Positions 1 to 15,811 of a stretch of DNA of 64,000 nt are shown one piece after another; positions within the stretch are counted from its first letter, which is position 1; each line of letters begins with the position of its first letter. The position numbers were made by a program, and so were the translations under genes. The stretch is taken from positions 15,066,001-15,130,000 of the forward strand of contig OZ024755.1 of NCBI GenBank assembly GCA_964016885.1, in the 5' to 3' direction. The notes under the pieces are model-generated. The model searched no databases. It was not told the DNA's origin and saw only the letters and a list, made by a program, of their open reading frames with translations. This DNA comes from Eledone cirrhosa (taxonomy: Eukaryota).

Positions 1-207
1 CTGATGGGCATGACTTAAAGCAGCTAATAAGATTGAATGTCACCAGATATATTAAAACATATCAATACTTCATCTGGATATATCGTTGAATAGGTTTGAC
101 TATCAGATTTTTCACTACTTGCTCTCTGAACTTTCTAAAACGTATTAAGTATTAAGCGATATTGAATATAGTGTAATGTATGATAGTTTATGTACACTCA
201 TCACACA

Positions 208-253
<46 letters not shown>

Positions 254-1486
254 TGGCATCATGAATTTGTGACTTCTGGTGTAAACTAGTTGGGGAATAT
301 ATTGATAATGAAAATGATGCTGCTACTACCTATAATAATACTAATAATAGTGAGAATTATGCGATTAATGAGAATAGCGAGATGAAATTATAAAGAGTGG
401 TTGTCACATGTTATCCAGCACGATGCCGGTGATACTCTGGGGATCCATGTTTTGAGATCGAAATGTTAGGATAGAGGCCATGGTGGCAATGATATCATCA
501 CGTTGTTGCCGTTGGTGGTGGCGATGATGTTTGCGGTGTTAGTGTTTGTTGCAATGTTGCTGTTATTATTGTTGTTAGCGGTGGTAGCGGTTATAATGAT
601 TTTGAATAGCCATTTGCTTCGTTCTTTCCTTGAGTCCTTTTTTTTTTTTTTTTTGAATGTCAACTTATTCGTAATAACAATAAAAGAAAGGTTAAAAGGT
701 GACATTTCAATATTAATAAGTGGAATGGCGATTATATATATTTTTTATCCGAAATATATGAAAAATGAGAATGATCTGGATAAAGCATGCATTAAAGACG
801 ACAAATGAAAGACAAACAAACGAAAGCACTTAGAATAATAAAAATCAAGTAAAGGGCATTAGTATGATGTATTTTTCATGCTACATGTCAAATGTTATGA
901 CACCAATAAATGATATTACTTGTTAGCATATTTGATATATTTTACATTGATCTTTGCTTGATGTTAAATTGTGTTTCTGTTATTTTAGCATTTTGTTATA
1001 GGGTGTTGCTTTTAAAGTTTTTTTTTTCTTCATATTTCGATTGTTCTTGTCTTTTTGTTTAGCGGGGTGGGGCTAATAAAAAGGACAGATTCCTATAAAA
1101 GAATAGACTAAAATAATAATAATAATAATAATAATAATGACAATAATAATAATAATAATAATAGAAATGATGATGATCATAATAACAATAACTGAGAATA
1201 ACAATATAGTTGAAGTCGACATTAATGAAGATGGTTATGTAGAACGAGATAATGAATGAGGATACTGACCTTAGATACACAGACCCATATGCATGTGCAT
1301 GTAATATGTGTGTGTGTCTGTGTATTTGGATGTGTGTGTATGTGTGTTTCAGTACACACTAGGAAGAATGAAATTCAAAGGGATGTGCAGTATTTAAACT
1401 CATAAAAGGAGTAGATTTTCGCTCTAATGATTCTATTAAACTTTCATTGAATGGTTTTTCTACTCGCCAGCATAATAGTAATGATA

Positions 1487-1656
1487 ATAATTGTTTCTAC
1501 TTTTGGCACAAGGCCAGCAATTGTCCCAGTGTATTACTGGTACTTTATTTTATCGACAAAGTTAACCTCGGCGGGATTTGAACTGAGATCATAAAGGGCC
1601 GCAAATCTATGCTGCAAAGCATGGCGTCCGACCCTCTACTGATACTGCCAATCCAC
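1487..1656 (-). mobile_element. tRNA-derived SINE, internally deleted copy
   Basis: Reverse complement matches 42507-42693 (A-box-like TGGCAGTATC, B-box GTTCAAATCC, GATAAAATAAAGTACCAG); possible low-complexity TSD ATGATAATAAT at 1481 and 1657. Confidence 0.8.
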
Positions 1657-1831
1657 ATGATAATAATAATGACGAATAACAATTTCAGTACATGCCATAA
1701 ATTCAGAGGTTGAATGACATTACAAATATTTAAATACAAAGAGTATGTTTGTTATATCCTCTGGTACAAATTCCTCCCGGTACACGTACATACACAGACT
1801 CCCTCCACATACACATATATGTTTGTGTGTT

Positions 1832-1891
<60 letters not shown>

Positions 1892-3989
1892 ATATGTAAC
1901 CATAACAGAAGACATATCAGGAAATATTAATATATTTGTGTGAGTCCTATTATGAACATTTCAACGAAAGTGGAAGGCATTGCATTTTTTCTTTGAACAC
2001 AGAGAAAAAAACTGATAGATTCCCTATACAGATTTTACAACTAATTAGTAGCCTAGTAATCTTATCCTTCTGTGTAATGTATAGTTTTATTCTCAAAGGT
2101 TGGGCGGGTGTAGTCAACAGAGATATCTCTTCGGCAGTTCCAAGAAACATCTGATTTGATTGGAACGTACAATGTTCCAATTCCTGAAGAGGCATCCGAT
2201 TCCATTTGCCCTTGCACTGATATCCATCTGTTGCTAATGCCTACTAAATAAGAGTTTCGAAATGACATCATATAAGATGCACCAGTGCGCTCTGTGGTGA
2301 CAAATTCTCTGGATCATGATCTCAATGTGCTGCTAAAGCTAACTAATGCTTACTAAATATGTGTCATGATAGATGATGAGCTGGTACACTCTGATTTTTA
2401 TTCACCTGAAGGGATTACTGGAGGATAAAACTTAACTGAGTTGCTCTCCCCGTTCATATGATACGTGTTGCACACAGATAGACATTTAGAAAGATAGATT
2501 GAGAGATATATTGGTAAACATGTAGTCGGTAGTTAAACAGATAATTAATAGCTATATAGATACACAGATCGACAGAGAGAGAAACAGACAAATAGACGAA
2601 TTGATAAATAGAGAGTTAGGCAGTTAGATATTTAAAGGCTGTAGTCGGAAGGTAGATAGAAATATAGGTTGTTATAGAAAGCTACTGCCTGGCTACACAC
2701 TGCATTCTCAACACTGAGAGAGAGAGAAAGGGATAACATTAGGGAGGTAGATATCAATCTACTATTACTCAGCCGAAGATGGCATGAAATGGTTATCATG
2801 TGATGCTTGGTTTTCTTTATATACATTTTTTTCTGTTTGTTTTGTCAAACGAAATAATGTTGTACTTCGGTAGATAACGTCAGCTCACTCCAATGGGGTA
2901 TTAAACACATCTCTCAAACAAAACCTTGCCGCACATTCATTTTATGAATTGAATGAGTATGTTACAAAAGTGGGTTTTATGTTGAAATAAATTACGCATT
3001 TTACACAGGGGTATTTGATAGAAAAGCTTCACATCATCTCTTCCTCTCTGATCTCTTCTTTACCTCGAAGTTATGACATGTTCGTTGGTTTCTTTGTACT
3101 TGTAGCTATTATTACCCAGTTTGACAATGTTATTCAGTGGAGATCAAACATGTAAATAAGAGATAGCATTAAAAAAATGAAGAAACTTTGGCATATAGTC
3201 CGAGTGAATGGGTCAAAGTTTGAACATTAAGACATCAGTAACCGAAGTTTTCTGATATATTTTGAATATTTGTATCATCATCATCATCATTATTATTATA
3301 GATAAAGTAATTGCTAGACTACCTTTAAATCCATGCATCAACAGAAATATTGATAGAGCGATCGATATAACCAGAAAAGAAAGAAATTGAAGTAAATGAA
3401 CAAACGGTGTGTGTATATGTATAAACGTGTATAGGTTTGAATATATACGTTTGTATGTATAAAATATACGAAAGAGAATTTCAGACAAAATGATTGCACC
3501 GTTTCCAATATTCTATGAAATATTCCGAAATAAATGCATTCAGTTGTTGAATAGTTTTGCTAAATGCAAATGAAAATTCAAATTTTTTGTCCGCATCGAA
3601 TCTAGTTGAACACGTGAATTAATGGTGGAAATCGGACATATTCACAAGTATGCAAATATGTTCAGTTTATCGATACGTTTGCTTCAGCCCTTAATCCCTC
3701 TCTCAAATATACGCCCTTAGGTATGTATTCTATGCAGCAACATTCATTTCATTCTAATGCAGGAATTTTCCACTTCGGATCTCGATGTAAGCCGTCTATA
3801 TTGGAGAGATATATCGTGAGGCAATTTCAGATGCAAACTAATATGTGACGAGCTTTGAATTGACATCATCTTAATGGAAAACTGCTGCACGAAGACAGAA
3901 GACAAAACTGCTAGTTAGATATATAAATAGGTTTCGATAAATAGAGACGCATACTGATAAGCAAGCACGCAGTGATCTATGTATGTATT

Positions 3990-3991
3990 AA

Positions 3992-4042
<51 letters not shown>

Positions 4043-4105
4043 ATATATATATATATATATAGATATATATATATATACACACACACACATATATCTATAT
4101 ATATA

Positions 4106-4148
<43 letters not shown>

Positions 4149-4190
4149 ATATATGTATATATATATATGTGTGTGTGTGTATATATATAT

Positions 4191-4228
<38 letters not shown>

Positions 4229-4335
4229 TTATATATATATACATATGTGTGTATATATATATATACATATGTATATATATATATGTATATATATATATTT
4301 ATACATATGTGTGTATATATATATATACATATGTG

Positions 4336-4367
<32 letters not shown>

Positions 4368-4849
4368 TATGTGTGTATATATATATATATATACATATGT
4401 GTGTATATATATATATACATATGTATATATATATATATATATATACATATGTGTGTATATATATATATATATACATATGTGTGTATATATATATATATAT
4501 ACATATGTATATATATATACATATGCATATATGTATATATATATATATACACATGCATATATATATGTATATATATATATACATATGCATATATATATAT
4601 GTATATATATATGTATATATAAATATGTATATATATGTATATATATATATATATGTATATATAAATATATGTATATATATGTGTATGTATATATATATGT
4701 ATGGATATATATATATATATTTATATATATATATGTATGTGTATATATATATGTATGGATATGTATATATATAGATAATAATACATATATATATATGTAC
4801 ATATGTATGTATATAAATATATATATATATATAAATATACATATGTATG

Positions 4850-4881
<32 letters not shown>

Positions 4882-4943
4882 ATATACATAAATATATATG
4901 TATATATATGTGTACATATGTATATGTACATATGTATATATGA

Positions 4944-4978
<35 letters not shown>

Positions 4979-5044
4979 TATAGGTATGCATAAATATATA
5001 TATGTGTCTATATATATATGTATGTATATAAATATGTGTATATG

Positions 5045-5098
<54 letters not shown>

Positions 5099-5200
5099 CA
5101 TGTATGTATATATATACATATATATATATATATATGCTAACACACAGTTACACATACATATGTCTACATATGCATACACACTCACACACACATATATATA
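3990..5200. repeat. Compound (TA)n/(TATG)/(TG) microsatellite array
   Basis: About 1.2 kb made almost entirely of TA with TG/CA interruptions. Confidence 0.95.
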
Positions 5201-5608
5201 TGAATCTATTCGTGTAGTTTTACTCTTTTGTACATCTATATACACAAAATAAGATATATGTATGAATTTTATTTACATCCGTGTATACTATGGCGAATAT
5301 ATGCGTGCATATGTAGCAGCCTTGTATGTGATAATGTTAGAGGAGAGAATACGTTACATAATAATACATCTCTCATACAGTATCTATCCCACACACTTAC
5401 ATACATTCTAATACATGATTACATACACACATACATGTGTACAAATATAGAACCATGGAAATATATAAACGCTACCGACAATGTTCGCATTACAACCTTT
5501 GTCTTACGGTTTCTGACTCTCTTAATTATTTTTTCTAATCATAGAATACATTCGCAGACATACACATGCATACAAACAAAACATATGCGCCTGCAAACAC
5601 TATGTATT

Positions 5609-5649
<41 letters not shown>

Positions 5650-5724
5650 TTGTATGTATGTATACATGTTTGCTTGCATGTATCTATATATGTTTGTATG
5701 CAAGTATGTAAAGATTCTTGCATG

Positions 5725-5772
<48 letters not shown>

Positions 5773-5977
5773 GTCTGCGTTTGTGTGTAAACAATTAGTG
5801 CCGGGAAGAGTCATTTTGGGCTTTTACTAAGACACAAAATGACTTAACTATTGAAATAAATGATTTCTATGAAATCAAAGAATTTCTTTTTAGTTTAAAA
5901 ATGGTATGTTCACCTAGAATAGATTTTAGATTCAAATTAGCGATAAATTTAGTTGTCAGACAAATACCTCTCCTCTA

Positions 5978-6036
<59 letters not shown>

Positions 6037-6151
6037 ATATATATATATATTTATATGAGCAAAGGGATATTAAATTTTTGGGGGTTGGTAATTCAACAAA
6101 TATATATATTTATAACTGATTCGAAGCAATGGGCAAGTTTTCTGGGGTATA

Positions 6152-6418
6152 ATATCAATGATATTAATAAATGGAAATTATATTTATTCTATTATACATA
6201 TTTCAAGTGTAGCAGAACCTTGGTACGCTCTCATAAGATAAAATACATAGTTTGTATCTAGGGAAAACTTGAACCGTTAAGATCTCGTTCCTGGGTATGT
6301 CAATATTTATAAAACAAACTTTGTATTTTATCTGATGAGAGCGTACCAAGGTTTTGGTATATAATAGAATAAATATCGTTTTATAAATATTGTTTCCATT
6401 TATTAATATCATTGATAT
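6152..6418. mobile_element. Fold-back element with degenerate hammerhead motifs (related to 61170-61497)
   Basis: Arms about 6152-6255 and 6314-6418 are reverse complements; minus arm reads TATTTTAT-CTTATGA-stemII-GAA-ATATGTAT-A-ATAGAATA; plus arm keeps CTGATGA but lacks GAAA; abuts (TA)n. Confidence 0.7.
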
Positions 6419-6437
6419 ATATATATATATATATATT

Positions 6438-6510
6438 GGGAAAAGTAAGACCCCGGCGGCAGAGCTCAAGCCGTTTCGATGGCCATTTCTGATGTCCAGA
6501 AATAGCCATC
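6438..6510 (+). repeat. Dispersed TA-anchored repeat family A, fragment
   Basis: GACCCCGGCGGCAGAGCTCAAGCCGTTTCGA resembles 56522-56552; starts right after (TA)n. Confidence 0.7.
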
Positions 6511-6789
6511 TATTTCACTGTCAAATCTAGCCCAAAGTTGATGTTATGTACCGCTTGTGCTTTTTCTTTATGGATATATATTGAACGACAAACGACCCAG
6601 GGTTTATGCCTATAGTAATATTAAAGGATCAGTATAAATAACACTTGAGAAAATTGGGTTCATTACTCCTAGATACGGTAAAGATGTGGACAGATTCACT
6701 TCTATCTACGTTTTACAGTCTCCAGTGTCATTTTATACAAGCTTCTCAACTGTTTTAATGATAGCCTATTGTTATTATTAATTCAAGAG

Positions 6790-7250
6790 CGTTTGATTGA
6801 CAGTATTGATAGAGCGTCGGACAACATGCCTTGAGGCATATTGCTATGGGTCATAACGCTTTGAGTTCATTCGTCACCGAGGTTTGCTTTGCATTTCATC
6901 TTATCGGGGTCCATATAATAAAGTACCAGTAAACACACTGAGGTCAATTTTATAGACTTTCACTGAGGTCAATGTTATCTCTTCAAATGCCTGGCGTTGT
7001 GTTAAAAGTAGAAACAATTATTATTGTGAATTTACGGCCGTTGATTTGCGGTAATGACAAAGCGGCGGACACATGTTTTTCGATATTTCCTTAAGACCAT
7101 ACGTCCTGTGTCCAAATATGTCCAAGAATTTATTTGCCATTCATCCCTCCGGTATCTTTAAACTAGTGTACAAGTTAAATAATGGGGTCCATATAATAAA
7201 CGTTTCCCTTCGCTAAAAGTGCTGGCCTTACTGCCAAAGTTAGAAAGAAT
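6790..7250 (+). mobile_element. Two tandem degenerate SINE copies
   Basis: TTTCATC...GGGGTC...AAAGTACCAG and GCTGGCCTT...AAAGTTAGAAA motifs shared with 42507-42693. Confidence 0.6.
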
Positions 7251-7557
7251 TTTTTATAGTTAATCTACATTGTAAATTAACTACGGGTATGTACAGTATA
7301 TGTGTGCATGTGTGTGTGTGTGTGTGTGTGTTTAGATTAACATGATAGAAAAATATTAGAAGCAATCGCGACTCGTTGTATATTGGCAAAACCCCTATTA
7401 TTCTATCTTTTGTACCGTTTTTATATACATATTCGATCACCAATATATACGATATATAAGATATAATGCATCATGGTGGAGTTACCCTACATATTCATTG
7501 ACAGGTTTTATAATAAATATCGTTTATTAAATTTTTTTCATTACCGTCGCTAGGTAT

Positions 7558-7604
<47 letters not shown>

Positions 7605-7760
7605 CATATATATATATTTCATATATATATATTTCATATATAAAGGGACAAGAAAATACATCACGATTAAAGTCTGAGCTGTTTTCTTTTATACTAATAT
7701 TCGCACGCTTTATGGAATCATTATATCGGTCTTCTTGCAGACCAATCATGAGATTCCATG

Positions 7761-7803
<43 letters not shown>

Positions 7804-8578
7804 CATAAAACAACACTTTTCCTCGGAGGAGGGTGCTATTAAAATTATTCCGCTCCAATCGACTGGAAGTTGTAAGCAAGTACGGAAGGGGAAGAAAAAT
7901 GATTCAGGATTGAGCAGTGAATTAAACTGGAAACTACCGAGAAGTTTTGTTGTTTTTACAAAACTACTCTTAGGAGAGTGAATAAACAGAGCACTGAAAA
8001 TCACTGATAAAATGCCATTTATTTTTCTAGTATCTTGTTATTTTTTCCTGTGGTATTTCATATATCAGTACGGCGCGAACTGCTGTTCCGGTTAATGGGG
8101 GATTGCCATGATAGACAGATTTGTGAGAGACTCTACTGCCATAATAAAAATAGTTCGTATCTCATCTACATGTATCATATATGCACAGGAGGTATTATAA
8201 TGAGGCAATTTATATACGATGCCCCAGTCATTCGCCCACAAAACTTATTGATAAATGAATGACTGAGACTGAAGTTTTCTCATGTTTATATTTATTCATC
8301 TAGAACTATATAATAATTTTCCTCGTCTAAAGTTTCCGGCAGGCTAGCAATTTTTTGAAACTCAACTATGGTTAATATGGGGCTTGAAAGAAATTACAAC
8401 TTAATATGTATGTGTGTAATAATGCAATATATATATATATATATATACGCACATACGGACATGTACACACATAAATACATTACGTCCGGTGTGTATGTCC
8501 ATATGTGTGTGTTCATTACGCATACATAATCAAAGTATAAGGAGGATGTGACAGCAAATCAGTTAGATACACACAAGA

Positions 8579-8657
<79 letters not shown>

Positions 8658-9156
8658 GTGCGTGTGCCTGTATGTGAAACAGAGAAGATTGTGTGTATTT
8701 AATTTGTTCATTGTCTGGTACATTTTAAACCCTGTGGTTCTCGGGCTTTGTGTATTAGTTTGGTAGAAAACCCGTTATTCTTTTGTATATGCTTATTTGG
8801 CAAATTTCGTTATCTTCTGTTTCTTTTGTAGATGATAATCGCAAAGCTTAAAGGATAATGTATATGCTTCTTTATAAATAATATATTGTAACTCTTATAG
8901 GGAGGGATTATTTCAAACTCAGACATAGAAACTCGGGACATAAACACTGGGAACAATACTAAATAATGAAGATAGTCTCTATATAATGAAATCACCCATA
9001 ATAACTGCTCATATACTGAACCGATACCATTGCCTTACAAAATAGACGTACACAATTGACTAAACATGCTCAAGTATATAATCGAAAATGTTTCCAATAT
9101 ACATGGTTTAAAACAGATGCAGGAAAGTTTCTAAGTATCTGAAATCTGTATATATA

Positions 9157-9250
9157 TAGGAAAAGAGTCAGGACCCCATCTATTACCCACTCTACTATCC
9201 TAAGTATCGAGTACTCTGGTGCATTATGATCCACTTGGTTCCTTGCCATA
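9157..9250 (-). repeat. Repeat family A, rearranged copy
   Basis: CTATTACCCACTCTACTATCCTAAGTATCGAGTACTCTGGTG is the reverse complement of the 63760-63822 segment; preceded by the family's downstream segment in opposite orientation. Confidence 0.8.
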
Positions 9251-9654
9251 CTTTCTTTGTTTACATATATATATATATAGAGAGAGAGAGAGTGGGAAGA
9301 AAATGAAACAAAGGATTGGAATGGGGAAGCATGTGTGTGCCTAGTAAGTTATGTTTAGGGGCAGTAAATTGCAAAGCAAATTTCAGCTAGTGGCTTTGAG
9401 CAACCATTAACTGAAACTTGTTTTGCATCTAATTGCCATGTGTTGATATATAAATTCCCTCGCTCTACACTACCTAGAGAGATGATCTGCATTTTGATAA
9501 TATTTGTTGCAGCCTGTGTAGGTTTTAAAACGACCATGTTCTATATATGATACCAATTTATTCGGTATTGGGGGCTTATATGCCCTGTTATTAAACTATT
9601 TTGTGTAGCCAAAAATACTGCGCAAACGTTTAATTCAATTTTCCTATACATATA

Positions 9655-9685
<31 letters not shown>

Positions 9686-12600
9686 GTGTGTGTGTGTGTG
9701 CGTGTGTGTGTGTGCGTGTGCGTGTGTGCGTGTGTGCGTGTGTGTAGCTAGGGAAAATTATGATGCGATCTAAATTTACCCAATGGCATGAATTACCCGA
9801 ACTGACAAATATCAAATATTTTTTTGTATTAGATTTTTGACTTACTTCATTTATTGGTTAACGTCATTCACTTAAATAATTTGTTGCCTGATAGAACATT
9901 TGGGCATTATTATAATGGTTCTTTCACTCTCTCCATCTCTCTCTCTCAACAAATGTCCCTCTTACCTACTTAACTGCACCTTCCTTTCATACACCGCCCC
10001 TTTCTGTAATCTCTTACACTGCCCCTTTTCAACGAGTTAGAAATAAATTGGGTAAAATTTCAGATACGATTTTATAAAATGCCGAATAATCTGATTGAGA
10101 AACATGCTTACATTTAAACAGACTTCAAGCTATCCTCAATAATATTAAAATAGGTAAACGTACATTATAGAAAATAGTTCATGAAAGAGGCAGAGGCGTT
10201 AAAGAGAAAATGAAAGAGAGTGTGACCACATTATCTACAGTGATTTGTTTCATTTTCCGTTTATATGTTGCTGGTAGGAATCCAAACTCCATCGTCTTGT
10301 TTGGAAAGTTAGAGGTAAAAGTGCATGCACTAGAAACTAATGTGGATGTTGTTAGTAGGTCATGCTAAAATGAGAGCTGCAGGCAATTTCTCTATAATGT
10401 ATATTTAACAAGAGTTAAGCATTTTTAACGCTAAACTGTATAGAAATAAACGTTTAATTTCTTCGTGATAACCCAGCATCTCTGTGGAGGCACTACTAAA
10501 TATTTTGTTTCTATGAAGGCAATTGCATGATCGAATGGTTGAGTAGATCTCTTTACAATGTCGTTCTCGTTGGTCCAATCACACTGTACAATTTCACCAA
10601 ATTCGCGAGTTAATCCAAACCTTATAATTATAGTTGGGTGAACAGAATTGTGCAGAATCATGTTAGCTAGATTCTAGCTGTAAAATAAAGGACTAGATTT
10701 ACCACATGCTTTGTAATGCTGATTCTGCTTGAAACTGAATTTAATTGTACACGTGCCTGTGGAATACCCAGCCATTTAGATGTTAATACACACCGTCGAA
10801 AGAAACATCCATTTACATAGTTATACATGGAACTCCGTTTACTACAAATCTCTTCAGTCATTGATGACTTTCAGCTAAAGTACAGCAGCACTATCTAGAC
10901 TTTTATAAATATATTTAAAGTATTCTCTGTAGTAGTATTCCTTTACTGTAATTATTCTATACACATAAGAAAAAACGTTTTCCCTATTTTCAATGTATAG
11001 GAAATAGAAAATTATAAGCTCTGCCAAGTCTATTTATATTAAGAGAACTGATCACGCGAACTGAAACTAATCGCATACTCGGTTTATCATAGTACTTATT
11101 CTACTCGATTGCACCGGCCTCATTAGACAAATATTGATCTGTAATATTGGGCCATGCTGTGTATATGTTTAAGGAACTCATAACGAGTTACTACAAGATC
11201 GAGTCTTGCATGCATTAATCATTTATACAACAGTCATTTAAAGTCAAATTCCCCTGGTAAAGCCCTGTAACAAGCTACATATTCTTCATGGGGTCCTATT
11301 TGAAATAATGTCATATGCCTGGATCCTTTACCTGATACCACATTTTTAGGCATCTCTTTCAGCCAACACAGTTACGGTAGGCCTTTTCTAAACCAGATAC
11401 ACACCGTTATTAATATAATAAACACATTAATGTACATGTCAAATGAAATCCTTCCAAAATTTACCGTACCTCTAACAATAAGTCACTTGCCAAAAAACAA
11501 ACATTCTAAATGTAACATATAAAAGGCAACTATTTTCTTTTAACGTCGGTAGGATTAAATCATAAAAGGGAAAGATAAAGGAGAAGCGAAGAGAATCACC
11601 TCTTCTCACAGAACACTGGTTCATCTATCTTTCATATTAACGAAAAATACATTAAAAGGTATCCACAAAATCAACGTTAATATACTAACTAAACAACAGC
11701 GTTGAGTTACAGTTAACTAAATCAATATTATACCTCTTCGATGAAGATTCATGCGTTGTAAAATCGAAGTTAACATAAAACGAAGGAGTTATTGTTTCCT
11801 GTCGTAATTCTATATCACTGTTCAAATTAATTAGAGATATTCTCTGATAGATTTGAACAATGTAGTTTAACAATGTCTGCTACTTAATAATTTACTATTG
11901 CTGCCGTCGGTTTCAAATATAACAGAATTTAAAATTGTTTCATTTCTCTTCTCATTCCACAAAGACGAACAAAATCGAGTTTAAATTGTCCAAGCTTTTA
12001 ACTTCTCTTAACAAAAGGCATTCTTATTTCGTAGAATCGTATTAATCATTGAAGCAAATGAGATTTGAAAGGAATTTGCAGGGCAAGAAATGAAGGAGAA
12101 ATTAAAAGAAATACAATAATACAAAAAGCAACAACAAAGAAAGATTTTAAATTTGATTTAACAGAAATTACGACAGAGTTGCTGTTTCACAGAACTCCAT
12201 TATTCAGGGGATGAGAGGAAATAACTAGAGTTGAAACCGTTTACTGTTTTATTCACATGCTGTTAATTTTCAAGGACACACACATACACATATACAGGCA
12301 TACATACACACTCACATTCTCCAAATTGGTGGCCTCGTGCTTAAATCTGAAGCCAACATTAATAAATTATTTACTGCTATAACATTATATTCTTATTCGT
12401 ACAACAATGAACGGTTGTACACGGCAATGTTTTATTCTTTTCTTTTTTCTTTCTTTTCTACGTGTATTTGTCTGAGAAATGTTAGTAAATTGTACTGAAT
12501 ATTGTGTTTATAAATTTGGGGTCCTCAGCTCATAAGAAAATCATTCTGAATGTACAGTGTTATTATTGACTTGCAGTATTGAAATAAAGCTATTGATCTG

Positions 12601-12757
12601 TGTTAATAAGTAGGATCAGGAGGCAGCTTCACTACTACGGTTTATTTTCCATCCATTATAGTTTGAACTTTTGAAGGAGTTGTAAGGGCATGGCACATAA
12701 AGGCGGAACATTTCCGTCTATGGGTCTGAACACAGCTAATTGTTTGTAGCGAAAGGG

Positions 12758-12760
<3 letters not shown>

Positions 12761-12835
<75 letters not shown>
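12761..12835. repeat. (GA)n microsatellite
   Basis: Pure GA run. Confidence 0.95.
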
Positions 12836-12838
<3 letters not shown>

Positions 12839-15373
12839 TGGAAGGAAAGGATGAGAAAATGATACATACTGAGAGGAGAGATAATGTGAGAAACAAAGTG
12901 AGATAGGTAGATACAGAGATAGATAGTGAGAGAGAGTGGGGCAAGAAGAAGAAGTAGAAGAAATCTCAATGCCAGACTGTTACTATTTATTGAGATCAGT
13001 GGTATTTGAAACCAGAAGAGACGCAGTGTAAACGAATACTGCAGTGAAATCTATCCGCTGTGTTAATATCTTCGCCCATCCGCTGTCTGAATTTCCGAAA
13101 TATATGTGCGCTAATCTTGGAATTAACGCTTGCAGTTCTTTTACTTGAATGGTGGCGTATTATTATCGTAGTAGTTCTCGAGTTAACTCGTGGAATCTTA
13201 TTGGCGTGAAATTCTAGATAAGTACTTTATTCATGTACAATATTATATAGCATCTACATTAACAACATCAGTATCATCATCAACATTATTCTAATAATAT
13301 TACCCATTGTTTTAGAATGAAACTGTTTCGGTTGGATGATTAGGCATTATTCCATAGATGTGAGTTTTCGTTATCTCTCTAAAGCCAATCATTAAGGTCT
13401 CATCTGGTGAAATCGTGCGACATTCAGAATTTGATCAGATAAGTTAGCATGGGGTATTTAAATCTCATTACAGGTGTGTTTCCACATTTGTGTAATCGAT
13501 TCACTTTACACATCCTTACAAATTTAGCATTTTCCCTCCTATGTATTTTTTGCATATGTCGAATATCCTGCATTCATATTCACCCTACGTCAATAAATAA
13601 CATGTTTCGGCAATATTTTTCCCAGTTTTTAGATCAACGAATTAGCCTGCATGTGAACAAAATGAGCAAGTGACTGAAAATTTCTTAGATACTTAGATAA
13701 CGAGTACCTTTTGCGTAAATCTCATGTCGTATCAGCTAGGCAAAGCTGACTCTTTTAGTTACAGGGGATCTCTACCAGATTTATTTCAATCAACAAGCAT
13801 TAACACGGCTTGGGTCAATGTGTAATCCCTAGGTTGATATGGGGCAATCTCACGATGGCAATCTTCTTTAATGTCCCTAATCTGCATCTCATTCATCGAC
13901 TAGTAACGTGATCGATGGTCGTAATTTTCTTCACACCGCAGACAGTTCAGATATGTCTGGAACTAGCTGTTCAACCGGGAAGGAATCAGCCACTGTGTTC
14001 CGACTTTTATTATATATAAATATATTAAGACCCGACCTTAAGCAAGATGACAATCCAACGCATATATATATATATATGCGTTGGATTGTCATCTTGATTG
14101 AGGTCGAGCCTTGTGCTATCATTCTCCGGATACCATATGAAGCCGAGACACACATAGAATTAACGAGTATCTACACATGTGAAAGACTATCATGCTGACT
14201 ATTGTGACGAATGAGGCTTAAGGGACAAAGCGAATGAATTCAATAAATGACAGAGCTAAATCATAATATCCCCAAACAAAACTTTTAGGATTCCAGATTT
14301 ACCTTTTGAAATCAAATTTAAGGGTGTGAATTTGAGATTATTTCTCGGAAAACGTTTGTACAATTCACATGCAAAGCACATTGTGTTGTTGCATATGGCC
14401 GTAGATTGGCGTCTCCTTTAATGATATGTTTGACGAGAGTTCGTAGCAGAGGACATATCGAAATTGAACTTGTGTTGATACAAATATCCACAAATAGTTT
14501 ATTGAGTCTATAAATAGATATGGAATCTGAAGGTATCATCATGATATACGGCATTTCAAACAGACAGAAAGACCCCATCGCTGTCCAAGCTTGACCAAAT
14601 TCCATTTCTTCCGGAGAAATAGAAAAAGAGATGGTATAAAAAGGTTAAGAAACAGAGAATTATCAACACTGAACAGCTAGTGGCATTGTATAAACCGAAA
14701 TCAGAATTGGCACAGATAATGTTGACACGATTGGAAATTTGATCGCCTAAAGCAAGATCGAGTGCACTATCAATTCACCACCAACATTCATAGACACACA
14801 AACACATTTATATACATATACGTAGCAATATCGGGCTAACAGCACACACTGTAAGATCTAGTGGCCTAATATTAGGTATTCTACAACATTAATCACACAC
14901 ACACACCACATACATATATATATATATGCGAAAGGAAAAATATATATATATATTACGAAAGGAAAAACTATTTATTCTTTAGCCTCTTTACTATCTTCTC
15001 AGAATTGTTTGTCTTCATTACTATGTATTTACCCATGTAACTAATTTTCTTCGCTTAGATATTTACTGATATAGGCATTTCTTATTTGAATTCATTCATT
15101 TAGTAAATATACATATAGATTTAGTTATCAAAACATTGGCGTTTACTTGATGTTTGAAAGGGAGAGAAATGCGAACAAACAAAAGAAATAATAGAAGCAA
15201 ATGAAAACATATAATATGAAACGTATGCAAATGTTACTATACTCTATTCTCTGTTTAGAATCATTTATATCACTGCTGTATGAGATATGGTTGTACTTAA
15301 TTTCTTTGATTGTTTATCATTTGTATATCGTTCACTTATAGATAGTAAGTAAATAAACGTTTCTCCATCATTC

Positions 15374-15554
15374 ATATATATATATGTATATATATATATA
15401 TATGTGTATATATAAATATATGTATATATATATATGTGTATATATAAATATATGTATATATATATGTGTGTGTGTGTATATATATATGTATATACATATA
15501 TATGTGTGTGTGTGTATGTATATATATATATGTATATATATATGTGTGTGTGTG

Positions 15555-15585
<31 letters not shown>

Positions 15586-15592
15586 GTGTGTG

Positions 15593-15666
<74 letters not shown>

Positions 15667-15678
15667 TGTATATATATG

Positions 15679-15716
<38 letters not shown>

Positions 15717-15772
15717 CACACACATATACATATATATATATGTATATATATATGTATATGTATATATATATA

Positions 15773-15810
<38 letters not shown>
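15374..15810. repeat. Compound (TA)n/(TATG) array
   Basis: Direct reading. Confidence 0.95.

Positions 15811-15811
<1 letters not shown>

Noticed and set aside
2184-2260. CTGAAGA hammerhead-like seeds here and near 18577, 24889, 28595, 42136, 47518 and 51123
   Set aside because: No stem II followed by GAAA together with a pairing stem I
3972-5252. Long YI/VC/HT-rich ORFs here and at 15.3, 17.6-19.6, 35.7, 49.2 and 61.5 kb
   Set aside because: Translations of dinucleotide microsatellites that lack stop codons
11237-11375. Short protein-like minus-strand frame (MPKNVVSGKG...FDFK)
   Set aside because: Upstream in-frame stop, no usable splice acceptor, no recognisable family
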